In this document: piece by piece, positions 8,786-22,219 of the stretch
Layout of the letters: each line of letters opens with the position of its first letter
How positions within the stretch are numbered: position 1 is the first letter of the stretch
Assembly (NCBI RefSeq): GCF_032191835.1
Contig: NC_083240.1
Span: 13,454,001-13,518,000 of the forward strand
Direction of reading: 5' to 3'
Source of the DNA: Heteronotia binoei
Taxonomy: Eukaryota
DNA length: 64,000 bases
Notes under the pieces: generated by a model
What the model was told of the DNA's origin: nothing
The model's database searches: none
Seen by the model: the letters and a program-made list of their open reading frames with translations, nothing else
Program-made: the position numbers and the translations under genes

Positions 8786-11096
8786 TTTTTTTCTTTTTAA
8801 AATCAATTTATTATAATGTAGAGTATTTTAATATATTATCATTTGCTATTAGAAATTAATACACATACATTACATTTTCTCCACCCCCCCTTTTGGTGAC
8901 CCCCCGCAGTGCCAACCCCCTTTACAAACCTTTCCCTATTACTATTTTATTTAATTTGTTAAAAGGTAATAAACTCTTGTCTATTAAATAATCTTTCTTC
9001 ATGAAGAAAAAAAAACATTAAAAAGAAAAAACAACCATATTTATAATCCAGCTTCGTAGCAGTCCTTTTTAGTCATTCACAAAAAACCAAAAAGAATATA
9101 ATCCAATAGTGTCATTTTTTTACTATAATCCATATAAAGTTTCTTTAGAGATTAACCATTCTCAAAGATCGCCAAATATCCTTTAACCTGCCATTCTTTT
9201 TCAATATACTTTTGAAACTTTCCCCACTCATTTTTAAACTTCTCTAAATCTTTTTCTTTTAAGATTCTTGTAAGGTTGTTCATTTCACTCCAATGCATAA
9301 CTTTCATAGTCTATTCCCACATTTCTGGTAATTTGTCTTGTTTCCACTTTTGCGCATACAATGTCCGTGCAGTTGAAAGCATATACCAAATTATCGTTTT
9401 ATCTTGTTTTTGAAATGTTTCCATTTGTAATCCCAACAAAAAAATGTCTGGCGCCTTCTTAATATTATATCCCAAAACTTTCAAAATCTCTTGCTGAATC
9501 ATTTGCCAAAATTTTTTCACCTTTTCACAAGTCCACCACATATGTTTTTTACATTTCCAACACCTATCCGACACCTGATTGTTCATTTTTGCCAATTTCT
9601 TAGGTGTCAGGTACCACCTATATAACATTTTTAAGCAATTTTCTTTAATGTTATAACATGTAGATATTTTCATAGAGTTCTTCCATAAATGTTCCCATGA
9701 CTCCATCTGTATTTCTTTATTTATATTTATCGCCCATTTTATCATTTGTGATTTAACTACTTCATCTTCCGTAGACCATTTCAATAATAGTTTATATGTC
9801 TTTGAAATCAGCTTTTCATTTTCCCCAAACAGCACTCTCTCCAATTCTGTTTGTTCTTGTCTTATTACATAGTTCTTAATGTCCTGTTCAAGCAAACTCT
9901 TTATTTGTTGCAATTGGAACCAATTATTTTTATATTGTATTTCTTCAGCCCATTTTAATTCTACCTTTCCTCCTTGAATTTTTAAAAGTTGTTTATATGA
10001 TAGCCACTTCTTTTCTTTGATATCTGAATACAGTTTTTTTACTTCTGTTGGCACAATCCAAAGTGGTTTCCTCTCGTCCCCATATCTTTTATATTTCAAC
10101 CAAGTATTTAACAAATTACTTCTGATATAGTGATGTGAGAAGAAGCCGTCCATCTTATTTTTCCCATAGTACATATAAGCATGCCATCCAAAAATATTTC
10201 CATGACCTAATACTTGTAACTTTCTGTTTAATAATGTCATCCATTCCTTAATCCACACCAGCCATACTGCATCATGATACAGTTTTAAATTAGGCAGTTG
10301 AAATACGCCCCTTTCTTTCGCATCTGTCAGAATTTTCATTTTAATTTTTGGTTTTTTTCCAGCCCATACACATTCTAAAAGTTTCCTTTGCCATTTATTA
10401 AATTGTTTATTGTCTTTCACTATTGGAATTGTTTGAAACAGGAACATAATTCTCGGTAAGACATTCATCTTAATTGCAGAAATTCTTCCCAACATAGGCA
10501 GATTCAATTTGTTTGATTTTATCATATCTCCGTCGATCTTATGCCAAAGTTTCTCATAATTATTTTTATACAAATCAATATTTTTCATTGTTATTTCCAC
10601 CCCTAAGTATTTTACTTTGGAGGTAACTTCACATTCTGTTAACCTCTGTAGATCTCCCTGTTTGTCCTCTGACATATTTTTGCACATAATTTTTGATTTT
10701 TCTTTGTTGATATAAAAACCTGCCAATTCTCCATATTCTTGTATTTTACGAAGCAACAATGGTGTTACATGAGTGGGATTTTCATTTATAACCATCACAT
10801 CATCTGCAAATGCTCTATACTTATAAGAAAAACCTTTCACTTTCAGGCCCTCTATCTCATTATCTTCTTGGAGTTGCATTAACAAAACCTCTAAAGTCAT
10901 TATAAATATCAGTGGAGATAAAGGGCAACCTTGTCTAGTTCCTTTATTTATTTTCATTTTTTCCGTTAAGTCTGCATTAATACAGAGTCTTGCTGATTGC
11001 TCAGAATATATCGCTTTTACCATTCTTATAAAGTCATCTCCCAATCTCAATTTCTCCATCACTGCAAACATAAAATCCCAATGCACATTATAAAAA
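8786..11096 (-). mobile_element. 5'-truncated L1-clade LINE
   Basis: ORF2 RT motifs, A-rich tail at about 8786-8798, exact 15-bp TSD TTTTTATACACTCCT at 8771-8785 and 11097-11111. Confidence 0.92.
9311..11096 (-). pseudogene. L1 ORF2 fragment (RT C-terminal half plus C-terminal Cys motif)
   Basis: GTRQGCPLSP, FADD, KYLG, KMNVLPR, CWKC; the ORF-track portion upstream of 11096 is flank, not L1. Confidence 0.88.
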
Positions 11097-11415
11097 TTTT
11101 TATACACTCCTGAACCTCCTGGACCAGTGCCTGACATGTCCCCAGAAAGCACTTTCCTGGTGGCACCATCTTTGAGTGTCCATAACTTGGACCCTATAAA
11201 TCAAATCACCAAATTTAAAAGACAGGTAGAAGAAAGTCAACCAGATATCTCTTGTGGGCTTGATGTCTCCAGAAACACTGTGAGACCATCCTACCACACC
11301 ATGAACCTTACAATCTGAACTGGCTCATTTGGCCCCTAAAAGTTCAGATGGTTGGTGGTTCATGAACCAGGCACAGCACAAACCATGAACCGAACCACAT
11401 TTTCTGGCTCATGCC

Positions 11416-11555
11416 CGGGGTGGAATTCTAGCAGGATCTCCTTTGCATATTAGGCTACCCACTGCTGATGGAGCCAATCCTCTAAGAGCTTACAAGGCTC
11501 ATCAGGGGTGTGTGGTTTAATATGCAAAGGAGTTCCTGCTAGAATTCCACCCCTG
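11416..11555. mobile_element. Palindromic hAT-type MITE
   Basis: Fold-back structure; exact 8-bp TSD CTCATGCC. Confidence 0.88.
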
Positions 11556-12077
11556 CTCATGCCCATCCCTATCCAGAACATCCCTGGATCAAGTCGCACT
11601 TCTGCCATGAACTCACTAGGTGAGCTTATAACAGCATTTTCTCTGTCAGGGCTGGTCTGGGTTTTGGGGAGTCCTGAGTAAGATTACCTTTCCTTGTGCC
11701 ACACAAGCCTGCCACCTTCTCATTCTGGCATGTGGGCAGTTTCCTACTTTCTCCTCCACAGAGGACAGCAAAGTGTTTTGGTGCCTATTGGAGCCATTTT
11801 GGTGCTGGCTGAGCTAAAGAAAAAATGTGGAAGAGCCATTCTGTATAGCTTCCAGGGCCTGTAATAAGGAAAACAAATTTGTTCAGAGATCCTCATGCCA
11901 TCACGTGGTAGGAGCTGGCAATGGAAGGGACCAGGGTCACAAATGGACCCAGGATTGCCAACCTCCTGGTGCAGTGTGGAGATCTCCTGGAATTACAGCT
12001 GCTCCCCAGACTACCCAGATCAGTTCCCCTGGAGGAAAATGTTTTGGAGGGTGGATTCTGTGACATTATACCCTGCT

Positions 12078-12353
12078 AAAGCCAGTTTGGTGTAGTGGTT
12101 AAGTGTGCGGACTCTTATCTGGGAGAACTGGGTTTGATTCCCCACTCCTCCACACGCACCTGCTAGAATGGCCTTGGATCAGCCATGGCTCTTGTAGGAG
12201 TTGTCCTTGAAAGGGCAGCTGCTGTAAGAGCTCTCTCAGCCCCACCTACCTCACAGGGTGTCTGTTGCAGGGGGTGGGGAAGGTAAAGGAGATTGTGACC
12301 ACTCTGAGATTCAGAGTATAGAGCGGGATATAAATCCAGTATCTTCTTCTTCT
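12078..12353 (+). mobile_element. Squam3-like SINE inserted in an older GGTTGCCA-type MITE
   Basis: Sequence match to family; host repeat resumes at 12354. Confidence 0.88.
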
Positions 12354-13299
12354 AAAGTCCCTCCCATCCCTAAAACCCACCCTCCCCAGACTCCACCCCC
12401 AAGTCTCCGGGAATTTCCCAAGCAAAAGTTGGCAACCTTCAGTAGACCCTTATCCAGGCCATGGGCCTTGGCATGCTGTTGGTGCCAGCCCTACTTCCTG
12501 CCTGCAGTAAGTCCAGAAGAAGCTCTTGCAATACCATGTGCGGTTATCCGTCTTCTTTCATTACGCTTATTCTTGACAAAAACAAACCTTCTCTCTTCAC
12601 TAAACTGATCCGAAAAAGCAAGACTGCCTCTGCCCAGCATTTTTCGGGTGGTTAATATGGGTATTTTGAGACGCTTGGAGGCAGAAAGGGAAGATAAATA
12701 TTGCCAGAAATGATTTATATTTAAAACAGAGAAGGCAGAAAAGGGTCGGGTTTTTCTTTTGTTTACATAGGGGAAGTTGAATTTTTAAAGCAAGCTTTTC
12801 AGAATACCAAACGCAGCTTCCTCCCAAAGAGCTGATTATACCCCTCTTTTATTCTTGTTCCACTTTAATAGTTTGCACATGTATCAAAGAGAGCCGTACG
12901 GTTGCTTAATTGGTAGAAGTCTCAAACGTATGTGTATGTTTTAAGCACTAACTTCCCTTAGGCCCGGCGCAAAGGGAACTTTCAAGGCCTCCGTGTATGT
13001 GTGTGTGTGTGCAAGTGCCTGTATGTGTGAGAAGGGTTGGACTAAATGTTTCTTAATTGGAGACGTCAACATGAAACCTCCAATTGAACTGGAAAGGCAG
13101 ATGCATATTTTAAGAGTCAGTTGGAAACAAAAAAATCACCGGGGAATACGAAGTGAAGCGGATGGCTGCTAATAAGTCCTCGGATTGCATGCACTGTGGG
13201 GTCGGATGGGAATTGAGGTGGATGCGTGGCTGAAGCAGACAGACATGAGAAACCATCTTTGTTAAGTAATCCTAGTTCAACAGCACTGCACCTTCTCCT

Positions 13300-13598
13300 G
13301 AGAGCCAGTTTGGCATAGTGGTTAACTGCGCAGACTCTTCTCTGGGAGAATCAGGTTTTGACTCCCCGCTCCTCCACATGCACCTGCTGGTGTGACCTTC
13401 GGTCAGCCACAAATTCTGTCAGAACTGTTCTGCTTAAGAGCAGTTCTGGGAGAGCTCTCTCAGCCCCACCTACCTCACAGGGTGTCTGTTGTGGGGAGGG
13501 GAAGGGGAAGGAGATTGTAAGCCTCTCTGAGACTCCTTCAGGTAGTGAAGGGCGGGGTATAAATCCAATCTCCTCCTCCTCTACCTCCTCCTCCTCCT
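13300..13598 (+). mobile_element. Squam3-like SINE, (CCT)n tail
   Basis: Sequence match to family. Confidence 0.85.
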
Positions 13599-14012
13599 GA
13601 ATCTGACCCATAGGGAATTAGTTTGTCTTATATGTGTTCCTGCATGGGAATTAAGATGGCAAGGAGGAAGCCTCCTGACTGTCCCATTGACCAAAGAAAC
13701 TTATCTGGTGGGTAGAAGAGGGCCTTGTCAGTTGCAGCCCCATTATTATTGAAGAACTTCCCCAGAGTGGTGCATCTGGCCTTTTGATCTCCAAAAAACC
13801 CCCCAAAATCTTGTAGTAAATTGTGGTTTTAATTCACAGCTTTTTATGTACTATGTGTGTTTTTATACTTTCCCCCCTTTTATTGATATTGTAAGTTCTT
13901 GAGTTCTGTATGGTAAAAAAACCCACACCCAGATAATATATTTATTATTACATTATTATTTTATTACATTAAGCTTATATCCCGCCCTCTCCGCAAGCGG
14001 ACTCAGGGTGGC

Positions 14013-14472
14013 TGTGGTCTCAGATGGAAAGCCTTTCCTAGCACCTGGTCAACTTGACAGATGTCAGGGACTGAGCCTGGGACCTTCTGTGTGCAAAAGA
14101 TGTGCTGTTTCCCTGAGCTAGTGGGACTTGTCTCTCTATCTGTATATTAGAGAAAGGGAACAGAAAGAAACTAAGGAAGGCCCGAGTGGTGGGGGAGAAA
14201 GGGAGGTAAAAGGAAGAAAAGCCTGAAAGGTCATTTGAACAGTACACGGACTAAGAAAGCCCTGGTGCTTACGAGAGCTGATGCTCCAGTGTGCCGGCAG
14301 GTGCCAGTGGCGTCCACAGGTGCTGCATTGGAAAACCCTGTGATAGAAGCTAGGGAAGTCCCACTAGCTCAGGGATGCAGCACATCTTTTGCACACAGAA
14401 GGTCCCAGGCTCAGTCCCTGACATCTGTCAAGTTGACCAGGTGCTAGGAAAGGCTCTCCGTCTGAGACCACA
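14013..14472. repeat. Inverted repeat: two 117-bp tRNA-SINE (Squam2-like) segments, 226-bp spacer
   Basis: 14013-14129 versus reverse complement of 14356-14472: 4 mismatches. Confidence 0.9.
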
Positions 14473-16900
14473 GACAGCTGTTGCCAGGCAGAGTAGGCAA
14501 TCACGTCTAGGTGGGCTAGTATTTTGATTCTTTGCCAGGCAGCTTGATCTGCTAATCTTCTCTGTATCATTCCAATTTTAGTATATGTGATGCCGAAGCT
14601 TGATGCTTCTTGCTCACCCTTTCAACAAAACAACCGAAGTCCATGTCCTGGTCCTTCCTTAATACATCTCACCCGTGTGTGTTTGCATTTTGAAAACACA
14701 CAGGCAGTCCAGCTGCAATCCAAAATTCCATCCCACATGCTCTGTGCCAGAACTCTTGCCTTGTGTGTGCACGCACATGAGGCTCGGGGTGGTAGAGGGG
14801 AGGGCTTTCCAAAGACCACCTAGGGAAAGTCTGGCTGAGGTCAGGGTTCAACCTGCTGTGACCTGTTTTGGAAATGCATAAAAGAATAGCCAGCTTAAAA
14901 AAAAACATCTGCATGTATTTTTGGACATTTCGGAAAACCCTGCAATTAATAGCCCTGAAGCAATCAGATCCAACAGTTGGCTGCAGACGTGAGCTTCTTT
15001 TTTTTTTTTTCTTCCATTATAAAACCCAACACTTTGCTTTCAATTATTCCTGTGGTAACTCTATCAGCCTTCTCTTGTTCGGCAGTGGGCTTTCTCTGAC
15101 CCAGTAAAAGGACAGCGGGCTCATTACCTGACCTACTTGCTGGGCAGCAATATAGGCTAATTCTCTCTAATCCACAGCAATTAAGCCAGTAGCCAGGAAT
15201 GTTTGTCTAGCATGTGAGAAGAGGGCAGGAAGGCGAAAGGAGCAGACCAGTCTTGTTTCTGCAGTGGTGAAAGAGATGCGAGGGTTTCCTAAGGACATGA
15301 GTGTGCAAATCCTTCCTGAGAAACTTTATCAAAACTCTGTTAGCTTATTTGGGAAATTTCTTTTCCGAAGGGGAATGTCCCCCTCCTCTCTAATTCACTC
15401 CCCATTTTGCTTTGGCCCAAAATTTGAAGGTGATGTAGGACATGATAGGTGTCAGATTAGGGTTGCCTCTGCAGTGTTCTCTCTAAACTGGACACCTGAG
15501 CCCCTCTCAGCAGCAATCTGGAGCCACACAGGAAGAAGAAGACCATAGATTTATACCCCGCCCTTCATAGGCATAAACTATGCGGGGGCTCCGGGGCTGA
15601 AGCCCCCCCCTCCGGATTTTCCCAGTGGGGGCTGAGCCCCCTCTGGGCAACCAACACAGGACTTGGGGGCTTCCACTTTAAATTTTCAAGGAGGAGATTA
15701 TCTTCAAAGGCATGGATGGGGTAGTAGAGTATGGTATGTGTGATTTTCCCTCTGGGCTGCAAAGAAGTCAATGGTGATCTTATAACCTCAGCTTCTTAGA
15801 AATTCTAATTGAGCTAGAAGACACAAATGATTTTGATATTTGGATGGAGAAACTTCTCTTCCCTGGTGCCAGAGGCCAGGTGTCAATATGCATATTAACC
15901 AGTGTTCCTAAGCTCTACTTGGGTAAATCAATACATTGGCAGGGGGTGGGGAGATCTGGTAACTTTCTGGCAATAGCTTTTGCTATTTCTTCAAGCTTGT
16001 GATTCTTTACATTCATTTAAGTGGATTTATTTTATTTTTTATTTTGATTTGATTTGTATCCCGCCCTCCCCGCCGCAGCAGACTCAGGGTTCATGCTGAA
16101 CCAGATCCTTTTGAAAATTAATGGCCCCAACAAGCCTATTTTTTTTCAAAATGACTACACTCTTAAAGACTTGGTCAAGTAGGTGTGCATTGACAATTGT
16201 TCACCACCTAGGCCTCTCTTCAAAACACCATCCAAGTTTCAAAAACATTGGACCAGGGGATCCAATTCTATGAGCCCCAAAAGAAGGTGCTCCTATCCTC
16301 CATCATTTCCAATGGAGGGAAGGCATTGAAAAAGTGTGCAGTCCCTAAATGTGATGGCCAGAACTCCCTTTGGAGTTCAATTGTGCTTGTCACAACCTTG
16401 CTTCTGGCTCCATCCCAATGTCTTCTGACTCCACTCCAAAGTCTTCTGGCTCCACCCCAAGAGTCCCCAGATATTTCTTGAACTGGACTTGGCAACCCTA
16501 CCTAGGCAGATACAACTAACATGAACTGGTTTCTAAGCATATAACAATATTATTGTGTCTTTTTTACATGGTAGTTTTTTTGGATAAAAAGTTATAAAAT
16601 ACTTAGATTTGAAATGCCATTATAACAATTTAGAAGCTGCAGGGATTACATGATTAACATGGCTATCCACTATAACCACTGGCAAATCCCACCTTTTCCT
16701 AGGTTTGGCCCAGTCCATGGACATTGTTGGGGGGGGGTGCTCCCTAAATTTATGGGGAGGGAGCTTCTCCATAAATTCATAGGTAATGATAATGGAGGCC
16801 CCTCCCTGTGATGTCACCGGCTCCTCCCTATGATATCACTGGATCAAATGCCTCTGGCTGGGCCCCAGTCTTCCCCCCTACACCGGGAAATCGAAAAGTC

Positions 16901-17164
16901 TATGCCCCTGCCACCCTTCTCTCTGAATCAGAGTCTCAGAGCGGCTCACAATCTTTTTTATTTTCTTCTCTCACAACAGACACCCTGTGAGGTAGTTGAG
17001 ACTGCGAGAGCTCTCCCAGAAGCTGCCCTTTCAAGGGCAGCTCTGCGAGAGCGATGGCTAACCCAAGGCCACCCCAGCAGCTACAAGTGAAGGAGTGGGG
17101 AATCAAACCCGGTTCTCTCAGATAAGAGTCTGCGCACTTAACCACTACACCAGACTGGCTCTCT
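16901..17164 (-). mobile_element. Squam3-like SINE
   Basis: Sequence match to family. Confidence 0.85.
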
Positions 17165-18353
17165 TGCACTGCCCATTGCCCATTTTAAGATTATGGCAAT
17201 TATATTCTGCTCAGGATGTGAGCTGTTCCACTCAGTGGTGGGAGGTGGGGGTGGGGGAGGGGTCAGAGAGAACATTAGTTGCCAACTCCAAGTTGAGAAA
17301 TTCCTGTGGATTTGGGGGTGGAGCCAGAAGAGGGGTTTGGGGAGGAGAGGGATATAATGCCATAAAGTCCATCCTGCAAGGCAGCCATTTTCTCCAGGGG
17401 AGCTGATCTCTGTAGTCTGGAGAATGAGGGTAATTCCAGCAGATCCCCAGTCACCATCTGAAGACTGGGAACATAGCATTGGGGTGTTGGCATGGTAGGA
17501 CATCAGCAAAGATACACCCGCTTGCAAAGAGCCTACTGCCAACCCGACAGCAGCCTGTGAGCTTCCACAAACACTGGGAATTTTTTCCCTTTTTTCCACA
17601 TCTCAGAGGGGCTGGAGCAGCCATGGGGTGGGGGAGTGCATGCACAAGGGGCAGAAGGTGTGGAGGATAAGGCCATGTCAGTGATAACTTGCTTTATGAG
17701 GAGCACAGGGCATTGGGCATCTTGCTTAAGAGTCAGACCCCCTCCAACACCTCCCCCCCCCAGCTGTTGCTAGCATTATTACCAAAGTGAATGTCTTCAG
17801 ATGTTCCACCTAAGGAGGACTCCCCTTTAAATGAAGTCAGGTTGCTTTCTGCTTTCAAGTGCCCCCCCCCTCCCGTCCTGGAGAAGAACACTTCATTTCC
17901 TCAGAAATATACTTCAGGCTGTGCAGGAGACAGGGCCCGGCAGATCTGGGCATGGGTGGTAAAGAACTAAATGAAATTTGGAGCTTACTGCTTGTTATCT
18001 TTGGCTGTACTGGAGTGGGGGGTGTCACATTTGGGTTCCTGTTGGTTTATCTGTTTTTGTTCTGTGTTTCAGAAATGGGGATGGGTGGAGAAAATAAAGC
18101 CATTTTCTCAATTTTAACTAGAGTTTAAAAAAAAGTTTGATCTGTTTTATGTCCTCTAATTACTTGGATTGTGAGTCCCTTGAGGGCAGATGCCTGGAAG
18201 TAAGGGTATTGTTGTACAGTGGTCAGTGTGTCAGGCTAGGAGGAGGGAGATCTGGGTTCAGATCCCTACTTTGCCATGAAGCTCGCTGGATGACCTTGAG
18301 CCAGTCTCTGTCTCTCTGTCTCCCTGCCTCTCTCTCTCTTCCCACATCTCTCT

Positions 18354-18658
18354 GAGCGTTTTCGCACTCACCTTCAAGTGGTGCGACCACCCTCCTCACG
18401 CCGGCGGATCTGCAGGGATTTCGCACCAGAAGCGCCGGCGCACCCAAAAGAGCCGGCGCACCCAAAAGAGCCGGCGACTTCCGTCGCGAAACCAGCTCAA
18501 ATGTTTTCCTGCTTCTTGGCGGTTTCCGTTTGAGCTGGTTTCGCGACGGAAGTCGCCGGCTCTTTTGGGTGCGCCGGCGCTTCTGGTGCGAAATCCCTGC
18601 AGATCCGCCGGCGTGAGGAGGGTGGTCACACCACTTGAAGGTCAGTGCGAAAACGCCC
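18354..18658. mobile_element. CpG-rich palindromic MITE, PIF/Harbinger-like
   Basis: Near-perfect long inverted arms; termini GAGCGTTTTCGCA / TGCGAAAACGCCC; 3-bp TSD TCT; sits in the (CT)n tract of an older SINE. Confidence 0.75.
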
Positions 18659-19194
18659 TCTGTTTCTCTCTCTCTCTCTCTCTCTCTGCTTTCCCTACCT
18701 CACATGGCTGTTCTGTGTCTGGAACGGAGGAGGGAGGACGGATAGAAATTGAATAGATGGGAGTCTATGCATTTGGGGATACTGCTGTCAGTGACTCTCA
18801 GCTTGTGGGATGATGTTAAAATAAATCCTGCACTAGCAGATTTATCATCAGCGGTGAGGAGTTCACAGTTATTTTGAAAATTCAGCAGTTTGCCTGAGTT
18901 GTGTTTTTCCTGCACGCCAGCTTGAGATTTTCCAGTCTTCCTAAGGTCCTCCGAGCCTAGTCTCTTAAGAACAGCTACACCATATGGGTGCCTGGCGTAA
19001 GCTCCCTAATAAATCCATGCTCAAGATTTTAAGCCCCTCATTTGTGGGGTAGAAGTGGCAGGTGGAAGTTGCCTTGATTACTGCCTACCTTGTCGGCTGA
19101 CCTCCTTTCACCTTGAGCCAGAGATAGGCGGTTTCAAGACCAGCCCTTTAGAATCGTCAATGGTGGAAAGGGCTATCAAGTTGCAGCCAACTCC

Positions 19195-19370
19195 CGGTGA
19201 CTCTGTAAGGTTTTCAAGGCAAGAGACCCTGAGAGGTGGTTTGCCATTGTCTGCCTCTGTATAGCAACCCTGGACTTCCATTGTAGCTTTGCACTCAAGT
19301 GCTAACTAGGGCTGGCTGACCTTGCTGAGCTTCCGAGATCTGATGAAATCAAGCTAGCCTGGGCTGGTCA
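19195..19370 (-). mobile_element. 5S rRNA-derived SINE with RTE-like tail
   Basis: Minus strand resembles the 5S internal region (GATCTCGGAAGCTCAGCAAGGTCAG..TTAGCACTTGA) followed by GGCAGACAATGGCAAACCACCTCTC tail. Confidence 0.7.
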
Positions 19371-19441
19371 TTGCAGTTCGTCAAAAAAGAATGTGTTAAG
19401 GGGGAGATCGCACGATCCCTGAGCCTCCATCCACACACAAG

Positions 19442-19642
19442 AACACACATGAAGCTGCCGTATCCCGGATCCTTGGTCCATCAAGGTCAATATCATGTAC
19501 TCATACTGGCAACAGCTCTCCAGGGTCTCCAGCAGAGGTCTTTCACATCACCTTCTGCCTGGTTCTTTTATCTGGAGATGCAGGGGGTTGAACTGGGACC
19601 TTCTCCATGCTAACCTGAGCCTCTTCCACCGAACCGGAGCCC
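19442..19642 (-). mobile_element. tRNA-derived SINE (Squam2-like)
   Basis: GGTCCCAGTTCAACCCC B box, GAGACCCTGGAGAGCTGTTGCCAGT body shared with 31926-32138. Confidence 0.7.
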
Positions 19643-20020
19643 TTCCTAATCCTCATGGCCACCATTTTGTATGGCTATGGCAATGTGTGTATTTCCCCCC
19701 TTCTGTATGCATGATCAGACGTCCAGATTTATGGACACTATGTGTACCAAAGCTGGGAAAATGCATGTGCCGTATTCACACAAAATGAGGCCTGTGCTCT
19801 CTGGAAGACTGCAGATAGCACAGTGTCTCCTTATGGGCTCTTTCAACACCAAAACTGTCACAACCAAAAAAATGAGCTTTCAAGATGTAAACTTCAAAGG
19901 AACTCAGATATGGGGAAAGACCTGACCAAGTTTGGGACTCTCTGACTGAGTCCCTGGTGAGTTGCTACCAATCCTCTGAGCAGCCCAGCCCAGTCGCCGG
20001 CTATACATGCTACTAAGGAT

Positions 20021-20478
20021 CAGGCCTCAGATTCAGCAGCAGCTCACAGGAGCGCAGCTCCCGAACCTTTCTGAGGGTTCCCCCCCTCCTCTTCCCCACC
20101 TACCTTGTCCATTTAATAGTAGATGCAGCTGCATAACAATCCTGGATTAGGAGAGCGAGCAGCCAGCCAGCCAGGAGCTTTGCCACACCCCCAGCAGCCC
20201 TCATTAACACCTGGAGAAGGCCACACCACCTTTTCTCCACTTCTTATGTGATTTTGGGTGGTGGGTGGCTTGCTGGCCTTTTGACTGGGGGGGTGGGCAG
20301 GAGAACTCCAGGCAAGCGAGGCCGGCTTGGGCTAGCTGGGTCTCTAGCCAGCCCAAGCAGGCCTCACTCGCCTGGGGGTCTCCTTTTTTGCGTTGGGTTG
20401 CTTTTGGCTGGGGGGGGCATATGCTAATGAGTTATGCTAATGAGCTCCACCACCTATTTTTCTACAAAATGACCCCTG
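20021..20478 (+). mobile_element. Non-autonomous hAT element
   Basis: CAGG...CCTG ends, 8-bp TSD CTAAGGAT/CTGAGGAT; second copy at 45989-46457. Confidence 0.85.
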
Positions 20479-21161
20479 CTGAGGATGACCCCAAATTTCT
20501 CATCCCTCACATGTGCAAGTCAAAGCCCACTGAAGTCTCACTGACTTTGTCCATAAGTTATATACATATTTTCCCGATAAGCCTTTTCCAGAGTTGTGGT
20601 GTGCCATCACCATTATGTATTAATTGTATGTTAAATGCACAAATGATCTATGTGGTGTGCATTGAATAAAAACCGTACAGCATGCGTACACAAAACTAAA
20701 GAATCTTTCAAATGACAATTGAAAAGCAGAGGACTGAAACAGCTGACAAAAACTTTAGAGGAACGGAAACTGTTGGTTTGGGCAGCTTCACTTCCTGGAG
20801 TCATATGTTAATGAATTGTTTGTTTATGCATGCTGAGGCCTTAGCTAGTTAGAGGTAGAGCCAATGGGCTACTCTGCAGGTGTTTCCCGCCAGAGGCTAG
20901 GGGTCAATATGCATATGAATCAGTATTGGGGAGCTCCACTCAGGTAATCAGAAGTCCAGTTTTATGGACTTTTGCATTGGGGATGGACTAGGGAGAAAGC
21001 ATTGGGCTTCAGTTTTACGATCCTTTGTGTACATCTCTAGACCTCCACACCAGTTGCTGTTTAGACCACAGAGAGTGAACATGTAGCTAGAGAAGATAGA
21101 TAGGATGTTAAACCCTTTTCTTGTTTTGTAGAATTCCCCCTTCCTCACAAGATAAGAAGAT

Positions 21162-21413
21162 TGCCCTTCTCTCTGAATCAGAGACTCAGAGTGGCTTACA
21201 ATCTCCTATATCTTCTCCCCTCACAACAGACACCCTGTGAGGTAGGTGGGGCTGAGAAAGCTCTCACAGCAGCTGCCCTTTCAAGGACAACTCCTGCGAT
21301 AGCTATGGCTGACCCAAGGCCATTCCAGCAGCTGCAAGTGGAGGAGTGGGGAATCAAACCCGGTTCTCCCAGATAAGAGTCTGCACACTTAACCACTACA
21401 CCAAACTGGCTCT
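21162..21413 (-). mobile_element. Squam3-like SINE
   Basis: Sequence match to family. Confidence 0.87.
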
Positions 21414-22219
21414 AAGTCAAGATTACTATGTTAAAGCTAAATGCATGTGGCTGACTGCTTTGTGCTTTATTCTGCATAACTCTGCTAAGAATCCCTAACA
21501 GAAACAGGCAACATTTGTGCATTCCATATCATGACCCACTTGGCAGCCATCACTCAACCCTGAAACTGACTTGGCCATTCCAAAGCTCCTGTATTCCGTG
21601 TATGCTAAGTCACGGATGCCTTTTACCTCTTGGTCTGAGAGCAGCGGCATTGGTGTCCTGCTTTATTCTGTCTCTGATTCTAGTTGATAGGTTAAATATG
21701 CATATTATTTCGATCCCCATTCTTGCAGGATAAAGTTAGGCTGCTAATCTGGTAACCTGGATCTGGCCTGGAGTATATCCCAAATGTTGGTCGTACGTGC
21801 ACGGAATGGTGGGGGGGAAGGCAGCAGAGAACAACAGTCTCCACAGCCAAGATGCTCCAAGGCTAATCCCCTGAGGACTTGAGAGGTCAATCAAAGCAGT
21901 GAACCTTGTACTATTTAATAGGCATGGATGGCTGGGGAGTCTCGCTCATTAGAACTCTCACAAGTCAGTGGAATTGAAGCAGCTCTTGCATTGTTTTTTT
22001 CCCACGGAAGCAGCAGCTGTTAGCTGTTTGGATGTCATGCACTTCAAATTAATGGCAAAGAGCAACGCTTCTATTTTCCGAGGGCCACTTTGTGAAGGGG
22101 GAAAAGGTTGGTGGAGAGAGATAACACCAACCTGCAACTAAAGCCAACCACCTAGCTCCCACTGGGTTGATCAAAAACACAAGTGACAACTTGTAAAGAA
22201 TTCAACAAACACCCATACA

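Larger units (their letters stand above)
8329..11571. mobile_element. Old non-autonomous DNA transposon (hAT-like) hosting nested insertions
   Basis: Terminal inverted AGGGATGGGCA / TGCCCATCCCT; degenerate 8-bp flanks ACCAGAAG / TCCAGAAC. Confidence 0.55.
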
